A stretch of DNA of 64,000 nucleotides from Planctomycetota bacterium (GCA_021776825.1 JAJFFG010000087.1:1850-65849), one strand, 5' to 3'; shown: positions 19,003-28,714, counted from the stretch's first letter. Notes: a model not told the origin generated them from the sequence alone. Program-made: numbers and translations.

Positions 19003-19386
19003 CTAGCAGCCTGTCGAAGTCTCGGCGTCGCCGTGCGAGAGACCGCCGGCGCGACAGGCTGCTAGTTAGACCCCCGCCGGGTGCCAGAGCGTCGCTGGCG
19101 TGGACGGTGATCTCGGCATGAGTGCAATCCTCAGGCGCTTCCTGCGCCGAGGCCTCGAGAAGGTCTCGGCGGAGTGGACCATGCTCTGCACGGCGCACAA
19201 CCTGCTGAAACTGGCCGCAGCGAGGGCGTGAGCAGCCGTTTCGAGACGGCTTCGACCCATCGTGCCTCCAGAGGCCGGAACGCCCTGCGATCCAACACCG
19301 CTCGCCACACCCGTCGGCCTATAACTAGCAGGCTGTCGCGCCAACCTGGGTGGCCCGTCGAGGCCGAAACTCCGACAGCCTGCTAG
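19003..19386. mobile_element. Composite IS remnant: two inverted about 63-bp CTAG-ended mini-elements flanking an IS1182-type transposase tail
   Basis: CTAGCAGCCTGTCG...CGACAGGCTGCTAG (19003-19065) and CTAGCAGGCTGTCG...CGACAGCCTGCTAG (19325-19386). Confidence 0.75.
19118..19231 (+). pseudogene. C-terminal fragment of an IS1182-family DDE transposase
   Basis: RRFLRRGLEKVSAEWTMLCTAHNLLKL matches the conserved C-terminus of that family. Confidence 0.75.
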
Positions 19387-20126
19387 TCTGCGATCAGCGT
19401 CTGCTCGGGGTGCGCAGCGACGAAGCGGCGTAGCGCGGCCTTGGAGTCGGCGGCCCAGCCGAAGTCCACGCTCTCGAGACTCGAGCTCTCGAGGAGATGC
19501 GCGAGGCCGACGTCGGTGATCTTCGTGTAGTGGATGTTCAACGTGAGCAGCGCGGGCATCGTTGCGACGTGGCGCAGGCCCTCGTCCGTGATCGCCTGCG
19601 CCTGCGCGAGCCACAGGCCACCGAGGCCCTCATGCGCCGACAGGCTACGGAGGCCAGCGTCGGTGAACGGAGCTGACCACCCACCGATGCGAAGCGTGCG
19701 GAGTCGCGGGATGAGTACGAGTGCGGCCAGGTCCTCGTCCGTCGGGGCCGGGCGTGGATGGGGCGGGGCGCGGTGCTCGCCGTCGCGCCAGATGATGACC
19801 TCCCTCAGAGCGGGAAGGTGGGCGAGAAGGTCGAGCTCCGCGGTCTCGTAGTCGCCGGAGATCCGGACCGACTCGAGGGTGGCCAGATCGTCGACGGAGA
19901 GCTCCGCGTACTGCTGATTGACGCGTTGCAGCCACGCGAGGGTCGCGGGAAGCAGGCGCGTGCGCCGCGCCTCGAGTTCCTCGGCGGCAGCGCTACCCTC
20001 GTCGTCCGCGTCAACGACGTCACCCGCTCCGGTCGGGCGATCGTCGCCGATCGGCTCCACCGGCGGATCCGCGCACGCGGCGAGGAGAGCGAGAGACACG
20101 AGGGCGCCATAGCTGTGGATCTTCAC
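19383..20126 (-). CDS. Leucine-rich-repeat lipoprotein
   Basis: Lipobox LLAAC; LRR units FTDAGLRSL, ITDEGLRHV, TKITDVGLAHL; start moved to GTG 20126. Confidence 0.8.
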   Translation of the reverse strand: MKIHSYGALVSLALLAACADPPVEPIGDDRPTGAGDVVDADDEGSAAAEELEARRTRLLPATLAWLQRVNQQYAELSVDDLATLESVRISGDYETAELDLLAHLPALREVIIWRDGEHRAPPHPRPAPTDEDLAALVLIPRLRTLRIGGWSAPFTDAGLRSLSAHEGLGGLWLAQAQAITDEGLRHVATMPALLTLNIHYTKITDVGLAHLLESSSLESVDFGWAADSKAALRRFVAAHPEQTLIAD

Positions 20127-20235
20127 ACCGCCTTGGACGCGGGACCGGCGAGGTGGTTCCCGCTGCGACGGGGAATCAGAGCGGCGGGCCGCGCTGCCGC
20201 GGCCCGCCCTTGGAGAGCGACGATCGGAGACGGAC

Positions 20236-22533
20236 CTACCGGCCGCGCTTCTCCGCGCGCTCTCGTGACTTGTGGAACTTGGAGAGATTGCGCAGCGCCT
20301 TCTTGCCCAGGCGGTTGGCGCGCCGCATCGCGGCATCCCGCTCGAACGACTGGCCGGTGCTGCGCGCCAGTGCGATCGACTGCTGCATCTGCGCCTGAGC
20401 CACGCGAGCCCGCTTCTGGTTGCGCTTCCTCTGACGCGACAGTTTCTGCTGCTTCGCCAACGGGAACGTGCCCGGTGCGCCCAGATCGATGGCCTGCGCA
20501 ACGATGTCGAGCTGCGCCGCCAGGAGGAGGTTCTCGATCGCCGTGATGCGATCGAGATCGCTGACATCCGAGATGAGGGCCTTGGCCTCGTCGAGATCCG
20601 TCAGCGCTCGGTCGACGGCGATGAAGTTGATGGTCAGTGTCTGGATCCGCTCTGGGTCAGTCGCGCCGCTCACGAAGTTCGGCACCTCGGTGCGGAAGCG
20701 AGGATCGACCCCGCTCAGCAACGCCATCGCGTTGACGACCTCGTTGAGTCCCAGATCGTAGAACGCCACCCCACCGAGGGAGCCGACGGGGTTCGTCGAG
20801 TTCAGCGGGTTCGCGCCGTTCGGATCGATGGCTCTGTAGAGGTGCGGTCGACCGTCGGTGGAGCCACCGATCAGGTCCTGGAGCACGTCGTTGTCCGACG
20901 ACGACGAGACCGCGATGCGGAGCTTGCTCGCGGGGTTCAGCGAGTTCGCGCGGGAGTGGTAGGGGATCGCGACGGTCGGCTGCGCGAACCCGTGCGGGAA
21001 CGCCTGCTCGACCACGAAGAACCCGGAGCCGTCATTGCGCAGGATCTTCACGTCGACGACGGCGCCGAGCACGAGATCGAGGTCACCGTCGTTGTCGCAG
21101 TCGATGGCGCCACCGCCCTGGCTCCACTTGACCTCGAGCTCCTGCTTGAGAACCATCGTCGGCACGCCGCCGACGTTGCCCTCGTTGTGGAAGATCTGCA
21201 CGCCCTGCGGCGTGACGTTGACGAGGTCCTTGTCGCCGTCGAGGTCGAGGTCGCCGCCCAGCGTGTACGTGGTGACGCCTGAGTACAGCGGTCCGGCCGC
21301 CCCCGAGTCGAAGAGCTGCACACCCGGGTGGAGACCCAGCACGGGTGTGATGTCCGCCAGCGTCGTCGCCTCGGTGTTGCCGAGGACGTAGTTGTCGGCG
21401 TCACCGCCGGGCGCCAGCGTGATGCCGGTAACCGTGACGGTCTTGTCCTCACCGACGAACGCGTCGTCGAACGTGCCGGGATCGGACGTGATGGTGAGGA
21501 CGTCGCTCCCGACGCGATCGTCGATCAGGGTCACCGTCGCGTCCGTCGTGCCGTCGACAGGCTTGTCGTCTGCGGTGATCGAGACGGTGAGCGTGCGGAT
21601 CGTGATCGAGCCGGTCGACGTCGGGACGAAGGTCACAAGGTAGTTGCTGACCTGCCGGCCCGGGCCCGGAGTGACGACACCGGTCGGCGTGAGCGTCTTG
21701 GTCGGCGAACCGGCGACGAGTTTGTCGGTGTAGATCTGCGTGAAGGCGAACGTGTCGCCGGCGAAAATTGTCCCGCTCGTGAGCAGCGGCAGTACGGGCG
21801 AGAGGTTGGTCGCGTCGTAGACCTTCGTGGCCGTCTGCGCCGTGATGTCGATCGGGTGCGGCGTGATCGTGCCAGTGCCCTGCGCGGACGTGTTCTGCAG
21901 CGCGTAGTTCCCCGCGTCGGCTCCGGCTAGGCCAAGGCCCGCCGCTGTCGCCGTCTGCCCGGCGCCCTCGTTCTCGCTGCCGTACGCCATCGACGTGAAG
22001 GTGGCCGTGACGTCGTCTCCGGCCTCCTTGCCGACGACCGAGAGCGAGCCGGTCGTGGTGGCGCTCCCGTCGTACTCCTTGCCATCCGGCACGAACTCGA
22101 TCGTGAGCGGCTTCGGGTCGATGTCGACGGTGCTGAAACTGACGTGAGTGCCCAGATTGAGCCCGAAGTGGGGAGGAGCGAACGTGTCGGAAGACGGGTT
22201 CGACGAGAACGCGAACACCGATCTTCCCGGGCCTGCCGCGGCGTCCCCCGGAGGAAGGAGGACGGCGTTCAGGAGGACGACTTCCGTGGTCCCTTCCACG
22301 TCGCCGACGACCTGGATGTTCGTCACCTGCGCGCTGACGTTCGAGTCCCCATTGTAGTCGCGGGGCGTCACGTCGTACGTCACCGTCACGGCTTCCGAGC
22401 CCGCGTAGGCCGACGATGGTGCCGCGGAGAACACTCCCGCCGCGAGGACCAGCGCGCCGAAGAACCCACGTGCGAAGGAGGCCCTTCGACGGACTCTCGA
22501 CACGCGTTGGACCAGATGTGTTCGGTTCGACAA
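20236..22533 (-). CDS. Secreted adhesin-like protein with YDG/MBG-type repeats, FG-GAP/VCBS motifs and a basic helical C-tail
   Basis: KEYDGS, KVYDAT, DADNYVL repeats; GDLDLDGDKDLV, DCDNDGDLDLV; TTG start 22533 after GAGGAG. Confidence 0.75.
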   Translation of the reverse strand: MSNRTHLVQRVSRVRRRASFARGFFGALVLAAGVFSAAPSSAYAGSEAVTVTYDVTPRDYNGDSNVSAQVTNIQVVGDVEGTTEVVLLNAVLLPPGDAAAGPGRSVFAFSSNPSSDTFAPPHFGLNLGTHVSFSTVDIDPKPLTIEFVPDGKEYDGSATTTGSLSVVGKEAGDDVTATFTSMAYGSENEGAGQTATAAGLGLAGADAGNYALQNTSAQGTGTITPHPIDITAQTATKVYDATNLSPVLPLLTSGTIFAGDTFAFTQIYTDKLVAGSPTKTLTPTGVVTPGPGRQVSNYLVTFVPTSTGSITIRTLTVSITADDKPVDGTTDATVTLIDDRVGSDVLTITSDPGTFDDAFVGEDKTVTVTGITLAPGGDADNYVLGNTEATTLADITPVLGLHPGVQLFDSGAAGPLYSGVTTYTLGGDLDLDGDKDLVNVTPQGVQIFHNEGNVGGVPTMVLKQELEVKWSQGGGAIDCDNDGDLDLVLGAVVDVKILRNDGSGFFVVEQAFPHGFAQPTVAIPYHSRANSLNPASKLRIAVSSSSDNDVLQDLIGGSTDGRPHLYRAIDPNGANPLNSTNPVGSLGGVAFYDLGLNEVVNAMALLSGVDPRFRTEVPNFVSGATDPERIQTLTINFIAVDRALTDLDEAKALISDVSDLDRITAIENLLLAAQLDIVAQAIDLGAPGTFPLAKQQKLSRQRKRNQKRARVAQAQMQQSIALARSTGQSFERDAAMRRANRLGKKALRNLSKFHKSRERAEKRGR

Positions 22534-22930
22534 GGACTCTCTCCTCGGTGTCACGACAGACGGTCGCCAGGGACCGCATCGTGTGTCTCTCGCCCGGCGG
22601 AGCGCGCAGTGCGCGCTCCAGCCAGGACTCTCTTCTGCCCGCACCGAGAGATGAATTCTGGGGCCGGACTCCCTGTGTCGAATTCGCACAACGGGCCTCT
22701 GAACGGCCCGCGAGCGCGTTGCGGAAACGCGACAGTCGAGGCCCACGATCATGCGTCGCCGTGCGCGCGTCGCAGGCGGCGCGCACTCTTTTTCGGGTTC
22801 AGTAGAACCCCTCCGCGACTCGCGTCGTTTGTGACTCCCATGACGAAGAGAGATCACTGTCAGCGCCGACACGAGAGCGGCGAGAGTGAGGGGCGCGACC
22901 CTCCGGCGTAGACGAGATCCGTACGGATCC

Positions 22931-22964
22931 CAGAGCCCCGGAGGTCGCCCCCTCCGGGGCTCTG
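22931..22964. repeat. Perfect 14-bp-stem GC hairpin (REP-like)
   Basis: CAGAGCCCCGGAGG-TCGCCC-CCTCCGGGGCTCTG. Confidence 0.6.
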
Positions 22965-22996
22965 TGGATTCCCGGAGACGCCGACGGACGGACGAT

Positions 22997-23235
22997 CTAG
23001 CCCGGGTTGTTCACGAGGGTCGCGCGTTGCGTGACGATGAACCGTGTGAACGCCAACTACGGCGCGCATGCGGCGACTCGCGGACGCCCGTCGAGGACCG
23101 TCCTGAGCAAGGACAGAGTGCCGAGATCAAGGAGGGGCTGCGAACGCGACGTAGGAGCGTCTCGGAGCAGGCGCGACGCGGAGATCGGTGCTCTGGACCG
23201 CTCAGGCGCGTGACTCACTGAACGATGCGGGCTAG
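22997..23235 (+). mobile_element. About 240-bp MITE-like repeat, copy B
   Basis: Imperfect TIRs CTAGCCCGGGTTGTTCA / TGAACGATGCGGGCTAG; internal GAGATCAAGG...GAGATC. Confidence 0.75.
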
Positions 23236-23478
23236 TTCCGTCGAGGAACCGTCACGTCACACCCGCGGGTGTGAGTGCAGCTTCGGCGGGACACCACTCG
23301 CACGGCCCGCGGCCGGGAACCCGCATCGACGCCGCCCAACCGGAATGAGCCCGCCCGACCGGAATGAGGTTGTCGGCGAACGCGCGCGCCCATCGATGCT
23401 CCAGGGCAGTGCCGGACGGCACTACTCCCCTGCGGCACCACGGAGTCACCTGGACTGCCCCCCACTGCCGAGGTTCAC

Positions 23479-23775
23479 CATGCCACGCCCCATCACCTTC
23501 AGCACCTCGCCCGCCGGAGCCGACCGCGTCTACCACGTGTCAGAGGACGACGTCCGCGTCGTGCTCAGCCGACTCCCGCCCGAGACGACAAAGCGACTCC
23601 GCGCGGTCCACTTCAACGACCGCCGCCGTGGCGCGCGCGTGCTCGGGTACGTCAGTCGCGGACGCCGTGAGATCGCCCTCTGTGCGCTCCCGCCCCGCGT
23701 GAGCCTCGCGCGTTTCCTCGTGCGCGGTCAGTCGCCCCGTCAGTTCGGCGCGCAGCGCGGCACGCAGTGGCCGAT
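23479..23775 (+). pseudogene. N-terminal fragment of a hypothetical protein (MPRPITF...GTQWP)
   Basis: Protein-like sequence after GAGG RBS degenerates abruptly at about 23775; wrongly merged with aspA in the ORF track. Confidence 0.45.
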
Positions 23776-23995
23776 AGACGTGCCAGACCGTCCCGAGATC
23801 GGTGCCGCTCGAGCACCGCGTCTCCTCTCCCAGAGTCGTCTCCACCATGGTGGTCCCCGGTGGCACGTCAATCCGCACGCGGAGCGACGGACAGCCGAAG
23901 CGGCAGACGAGAACCAGCGCGGCGACGCACGCAAGGACAACGAAGCACGTCCAGATCGACGCACGAGGCGACACGGAGGAGCGGTCGAGGTTCAT
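23776..23995 (-). pseudogene. N-terminal fragment of a membrane-anchored hypothetical protein
   Basis: MNLDRSS...IWTCFVVLACVAALVLVCRFG TM segment, truncated where it meets the convergent fragment. Confidence 0.35.
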
Positions 23996-24085
23996 GACGT
24001 CGACCAACGGTACCGCCGACCGAGGGCAACGCCGACGACCACGAAGCGAATACGATGTCGCGGCCCCTCCGACCCGGAGATCCCG

Positions 24086-25951
24086 ATGACCGACATGACC
24101 GCCGCCCTCGCCCGCGCCGACGTCTTCCACCGGCTCGAGCCCGAGGCGCTCGCGGCACTCGGCAGCATCGCCACACGCGAGGCGATCCCGGCCGGCACCG
24201 AGCTCTTTCGACAGGGGGAGCCGCGTGAGCGGTTGCGCGTCATCGAGGCCGGCCTGGTCGAGATCAAGCGCGGGAGCGGCTCCGGCGACGCGGTGTTCCT
24301 GATCTCGTACGGACCGGGCGACGTGCTCGGGGAAGGCATGCTGCTCGGCGGATACGTCCACAGCACGACAGCGACGACCGCGGTCTCGACGTCGATCCTC
24401 TGCATCGAGCGCAGCGCGTTGGAGGAGCGACTCGCCGTCGACCCCGCGCTGCGGGCGGACGTTCTCGCCGGCATCCTGGAGCAGGTGGCCGGCCGGCTCG
24501 ATCAGGTGTCGCCCCACGCCGCGCCCGTGCACGTGAAACTCTCGAGCGGCGAGACGCGCCGTGAGCACGATCTGATCGGCGATCGCGACGTGCCCGTCGA
24601 GGCCTACTACGGCGTGCAGACCCTGCGTGGGATCGAGAACTTCCATATCACGGGCATCCCGCTCTCGACGTATCCCGATCTCGTCGCAGCGCTCGCCATC
24701 GTGAAGCGCTCCGCGGCGCGGGCGAACGCCGCGTTCGGTCAGATCCCGCAGGACGTCGCTGACGCGATCGTCGCCGCATGCGACGAGATCATCGGCGGCA
24801 AGCTGCACAACCAGTTCGTGCTCGACATGATCCAGGGCGGCGCCGGCACCTCCACGAACATGAACGCGAACGAGGTCATCGCCAACCGCGCGCTCGAACT
24901 GCTCGGTCACGAGAAGGGCGACTACGAGCACTGCCACCCGAACAACCACGTCAACTGCTCGCAGTCGACCAACGACGCGTACCCCTCGTCGCTCAAGCTC
25001 GCGATGGCGATGGGCAACCGTCGGCTCACCGCCGAACTGCGCCTGCTCGTTCAGGCGTTCCGCGAGAAGGCGGCTACGTTCGGCGACGTCGTCAAGATGG
25101 GACGCACGCAGCTGCAGGACGCCGTGCCGATGACCCTGCGTCAGGAGTTCGACGCGTTTGCGACGAGCCTCGCCGAGAACCTGCGACCGCTTGACGCAGT
25201 GACGTCGAGCTTCCTGACGTTGGTCAACATGGGCGGCACGGCGATCGGAACCGGGCTGAACGCGCCCGAGGGCTTCCCCGCACGCGTGGCGCAGGAGCTC
25301 GCCGAGTACACGGGAATGCACTTCCAACCGGCCGCCGACCTGGTCGAGGCGACCCAGGACACGCAGTCCTTCGTGCTCTACTCGTCGTCGCTCAAGAGCC
25401 TGGCCGTGAAGCTCTCGAAGATCTGCAACGACCTGCGGCTGCTCTCATCCGGGCCGCGTTGCGGGTTCGGTGACATCCGACTCCCAGGCGTCCAGCCCGG
25501 CTCGTCGATCATGCCGGGCAAGGTCAATCCAGTGATCCCCGAGGTCGTCAACCAGGTGGCGTTCCGCGTCATCGGCAACGACCTGACCGTGACCATGGCC
25601 GCAGAAGCCGGACAGCTCCAGCTGAACGCATTCGAGCCCGTCATCGCCACCGCCGTGCTCGAGTCGATCGAGATGCTGAAGAACGCCGCGTCCACGCTGC
25701 GCCAGCACTGCGTCGTCGGCATCGAGGCAAACCGCGAGCGGTGTCGCGAGAACATCGAGCGCTCGATCGGGATCGTGACCGCGCTCGTGCCGATCCTGGG
25801 CTACGGCCCGTCGACGGAGATCGCCGCCGAAGCCCTCGCCTCGAACCGCGGCGTGGTCGAGCTCGTCCGCGAGCGCGGTCTGCTCGACGAAGCGCAGATC
25901 ACGGAACTGCTGTCACCCGCGAACATGGCGAACGATCACCGCCGAGTGTGA
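24086..25951 (+). CDS. aspA: Aspartate ammonia-lyase with N-terminal cyclic-nucleotide-binding domain
   Basis: YYGVQTLRG, QGGAGTSTNMNANEV, KMGRTQLQDAVP, GSSIMPGKVNPVIPE. N-terminal LFRQGE...GPGDVLGE...HSTTATT cNMP fold. ATG 24086 after GGAG. Confidence 0.92.
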   Translation: MTDMTAALARADVFHRLEPEALAALGSIATREAIPAGTELFRQGEPRERLRVIEAGLVEIKRGSGSGDAVFLISYGPGDVLGEGMLLGGYVHSTTATTAVSTSILCIERSALEERLAVDPALRADVLAGILEQVAGRLDQVSPHAAPVHVKLSSGETRREHDLIGDRDVPVEAYYGVQTLRGIENFHITGIPLSTYPDLVAALAIVKRSAARANAAFGQIPQDVADAIVAACDEIIGGKLHNQFVLDMIQGGAGTSTNMNANEVIANRALELLGHEKGDYEHCHPNNHVNCSQSTNDAYPSSLKLAMAMGNRRLTAELRLLVQAFREKAATFGDVVKMGRTQLQDAVPMTLRQEFDAFATSLAENLRPLDAVTSSFLTLVNMGGTAIGTGLNAPEGFPARVAQELAEYTGMHFQPAADLVEATQDTQSFVLYSSSLKSLAVKLSKICNDLRLLSSGPRCGFGDIRLPGVQPGSSIMPGKVNPVIPEVVNQVAFRVIGNDLTVTMAAEAGQLQLNAFEPVIATAVLESIEMLKNAASTLRQHCVVGIEANRERCRENIERSIGIVTALVPILGYGPSTEIAAEALASNRGVVELVRERGLLDEAQITELLSPANMANDHRRV

Positions 25952-26230
25952 TCAGCGAACGTCGTCGGCAGAGCACACGTATCCGCCGCGCCCGGCGGCG
26001 ATCTCGTCAAGCATCTGGCCGATGTCCGCAGTCGGGCATCCGTACGAAGCCGCATCGCGCACCGCGAGCAGCTTTGCCTCGACCGTCTCGTAAGGGCGCT
26101 CGCGACACGCCGTCGCGAGCACCTGCCGCACCCATGCGGCGACGGTCATGCCCTCGATCGCCGCGATCCGCCGAAGCTCCGCATACTGGTCGTCCGGCAG
26201 CAGCACGTGCAGGCTCTTGGTCATGTGCAC
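25952..26230 (-). CDS. Ribbon-helix-helix (CopG-like) antitoxin with no adjacent toxin
   Basis: TKSLHVLLPDDQYAELRRIA...TVAAWVRQ...PTADIGQMLDEI resembles antitoxins normally paired with PIN toxins. Confidence 0.65.
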   Translation of the reverse strand: MHMTKSLHVLLPDDQYAELRRIAAIEGMTVAAWVRQVLATACRERPYETVEAKLLAVRDAASYGCPTADIGQMLDEIAAGRGGYVCSADDVR

Positions 26231-26278
26231 GAGTCTAGTTCACCCATGCACATGAGCACCTCGAGCGCGGTGCGGCCA

Positions 26279-28714
26279 TTACCGCCCTGCGGCGTCGCGG
26301 AGCGTCGGGTCACCCTCGCGGATCTCGATGTGACGGTTGCCCTGGACGTCCTCGAAGGTCTGGCTCGCGCCGCTCGGCCAATGGACGGTCAAGCGCGCGA
26401 GCTTGCGGGCGTCACCGAGACCGAGGTGGAGATCGGTCGGGCCCTGGGCGTTGTTGCCGTTGTGCGGGTAGACCTCGCGGCGGAGGGTGCGACTCGCGAC
26501 CTCGGCGATGACGCGCGCGCCGATGCCGGCGGTGTTCGACGTGTCGCCGCGCAGGGTGACGGTCAGCCAGCCCGCCTCGGGGAAGCGGTTCTCGAAGACG
26601 AGCAGCGCGCCGCCGCCCATCTGGCGCACGAGCAGATCCTGCATGCCGTCCTGCGTGACGTCGACGGCGATGACAGAACGGCCGTCGCCCTTGCTGTCCG
26701 TCGCGGAGAGCGTCGAGATGTCGTGGAATGCGGTGCCGCCGACGTTCAGGTACGTTCGGTTGCGTTCGTACGAGCTCAGGTTGAAGCCGCGCGTCGCGAT
26801 CATCCACGGGTTCTCGACCCACCACTCGTCGAGGCGCTTGTCCGGCAGACGCGGGGCCGGGACCATCGCCGCGCGGTTCCAAGGCTGTGACACGACAGCC
26901 TGCCAGAGACACGCTCAGCCGTCGGGCTCGTGCGGGTCGACGCTCATGAAGCCGGCCGTCGCGTGGAGGTCCAGCCAGCCGTCGCCATCGAGGTCGGTGA
27001 ACACCGCGCCATATGCCCAGCCGACGTCCTGCAGACTCAGGCGTTCGGCCAGCCGCTCGAAGCGCGGAGCTCCGTCCTGGTCGGCCGCGTTGCGATAGAG
27101 CTCGGTGCCGGTGACGAACCGCTTCATGCGCGTCATCACCTCGGGCGGGTACGCGTCCTCAGCGAGGTTCTCGAGGATCCGCCGACCGGCCTTGCTGAAC
27201 ATGTTCGCCGTGTAGAGATCCGTGCGGCCGTCGTTGTCGATGTCGCCTACGGCGAGACCCATCGAGCCGAAGTCGCCGTCGCCGTTCTCGAGCAGGGTCT
27301 CGGTGAAGGCGCCGTTCGGACCGTTGAGCAAGAGAGCGCCCGGTCCGAACTCGCTGATGACGTAGATGTCCGTGCGTCCGTCTCGGTTCGCGTCGAGGCA
27401 CCCGGCCGTGAACACCGACCGCGTGCCCGCCGTCGCGTTCAACTCCGTCGCCCGCTCGTCGAAGCGCCAGCTGCCACGGTTCAGCCAGAGCTGGTTGCCC
27501 GGCCCCCCAGGGCCGTCGAACCACGACGTCTCGTGCAGCTCGATCTTGTGGGTGTTCGAGTACGTCGCGTAGAGGTCGAGCCGACCGTCGTTGTCGAAGT
27601 CCGCGATCACGCAACCGCTCGCCGCGGCGATGGGCAGCGCGCACTTGTACGAGATGTCCGAGAAGCGGCGGTTGCCGAGGTTCTTGAACGTCTTGTCGCC
27701 CGCGATGAGATCGATGTGGCCGTCGTCGTCGAAGTCGCCCAGAGCGATCGCGCCGTAGGGCAGCAACTCGCGCGGGAGGAGCCACTCCTTGCCGACCTCC
27801 GCGAACGTGCCATCGGCGAGGCCGTCGTAGAGCTGCAGGCCGTTGATGTCGATCACGAGGATCTCGTTCTGCGGATCGTCGTCGAGGTTGGCGGCGTAGA
27901 TGCCCCCGACGGCGCCCTGCATGCGCTTGCCGTCTTCGGCGGTCCACGAGTCGTAGAGCGCCGCGACGTCGAAGCCGCGTTCGGCGGCGACATCAACCAT
28001 CAGCGGAGCGAGCGAAGCCGACTCCGCGGCCTCGAGCACGCGCAGGCCGGAGATCCAGCCCTTCGCCGTCTTGATCTCCTCGACGCCCGGCATGCTGGCG
28101 AGATCGATCTCGAGCTCGAGCGACGCCTCACGCGGACCACCGTCGACACCCACGCCTCGCAGTTGCAGCACGCAGCGACCGGACCAACGCCCCGCGAACT
28201 CACCCGCGGTCACAGGCGTCACCGTGCGAATGCGGAAGCGTGCGGAGACGTCTTCGCCGAAGCGTCCCCGCAACTCCGTGAGGTAGTTGACGAAGCTGCT
28301 CGCGTCGGCCTCGCGCGCCGTCACGCCGGGGTCCCCCGAACGAGAGAGCCGCGTACGGAAGAGGCCCTTCGCCACCTTGCGGTAGTTCACCGGGTCCAGC
28401 ACGACGCCCGCGAACGCGGGCGAGAACGCCGCCTCGATCGCTTCGCCGCGACCCGCGACGAGATGTCGCGCGAGCGAGCCGAGTCCCTCGCGATCAAGCT
28501 TCAGCACGTGATGCTCGATCTCGGCGAGACGTTCGCGCTCCGCTTTCGGAAGCGTCAGGCCGTCCTCGCCGACCGGGACGGTCTCCACATCCGTCGTCGC
28601 GGCAGTTGTCGGCTCTGCGCCCGGCGGATCCGGTGGCGAAACAGGCTCGGAGTCATCACCACACGCGACCAGCGCGGCAGCGCAAACGACAAGACAGATC
28701 AACTGATCGCGCAC
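26279..28714 (-). CDS. CRTAC1-family FG-GAP + ASPIC/UnbV lipoprotein, probably one 811-aa selenoprotein (in-frame TGA at 26915-26917)
   Basis: ORFs 26915-28714 (lipobox LVAC, FG-GAP repeats) and 26279-26893 (YERN, LHLGLG..VHWPSG UnbV) are in the same frame, separated only by TGA-ACLWQAV; a hairpin follows the TGA. Confidence 0.8.
26882..26901 (-). promoter_or_regulatory. Candidate bacterial SECIS hairpin
   Basis: AGGCUGU-CGUGUC-ACAGCCU begins 13 nt after the UGA; loop is 20 nt from the UGA with G at loop position 2. Confidence 0.6.

Noticed and set aside
22540-22990. Riboswitch or ncRNA upstream of the adhesin gene
   Set aside because: Hairpins are present but I could not match c-di-GMP, cobalamin or other aptamer consensus by eye; an Rfam scan is needed.
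23225-25951. Single 908-aa AspA ORF from the track
   Set aside because: Sequence before 24086 is a patchwork of non-coding DNA and gene stubs; there is an RBS and a domain start at 24086.
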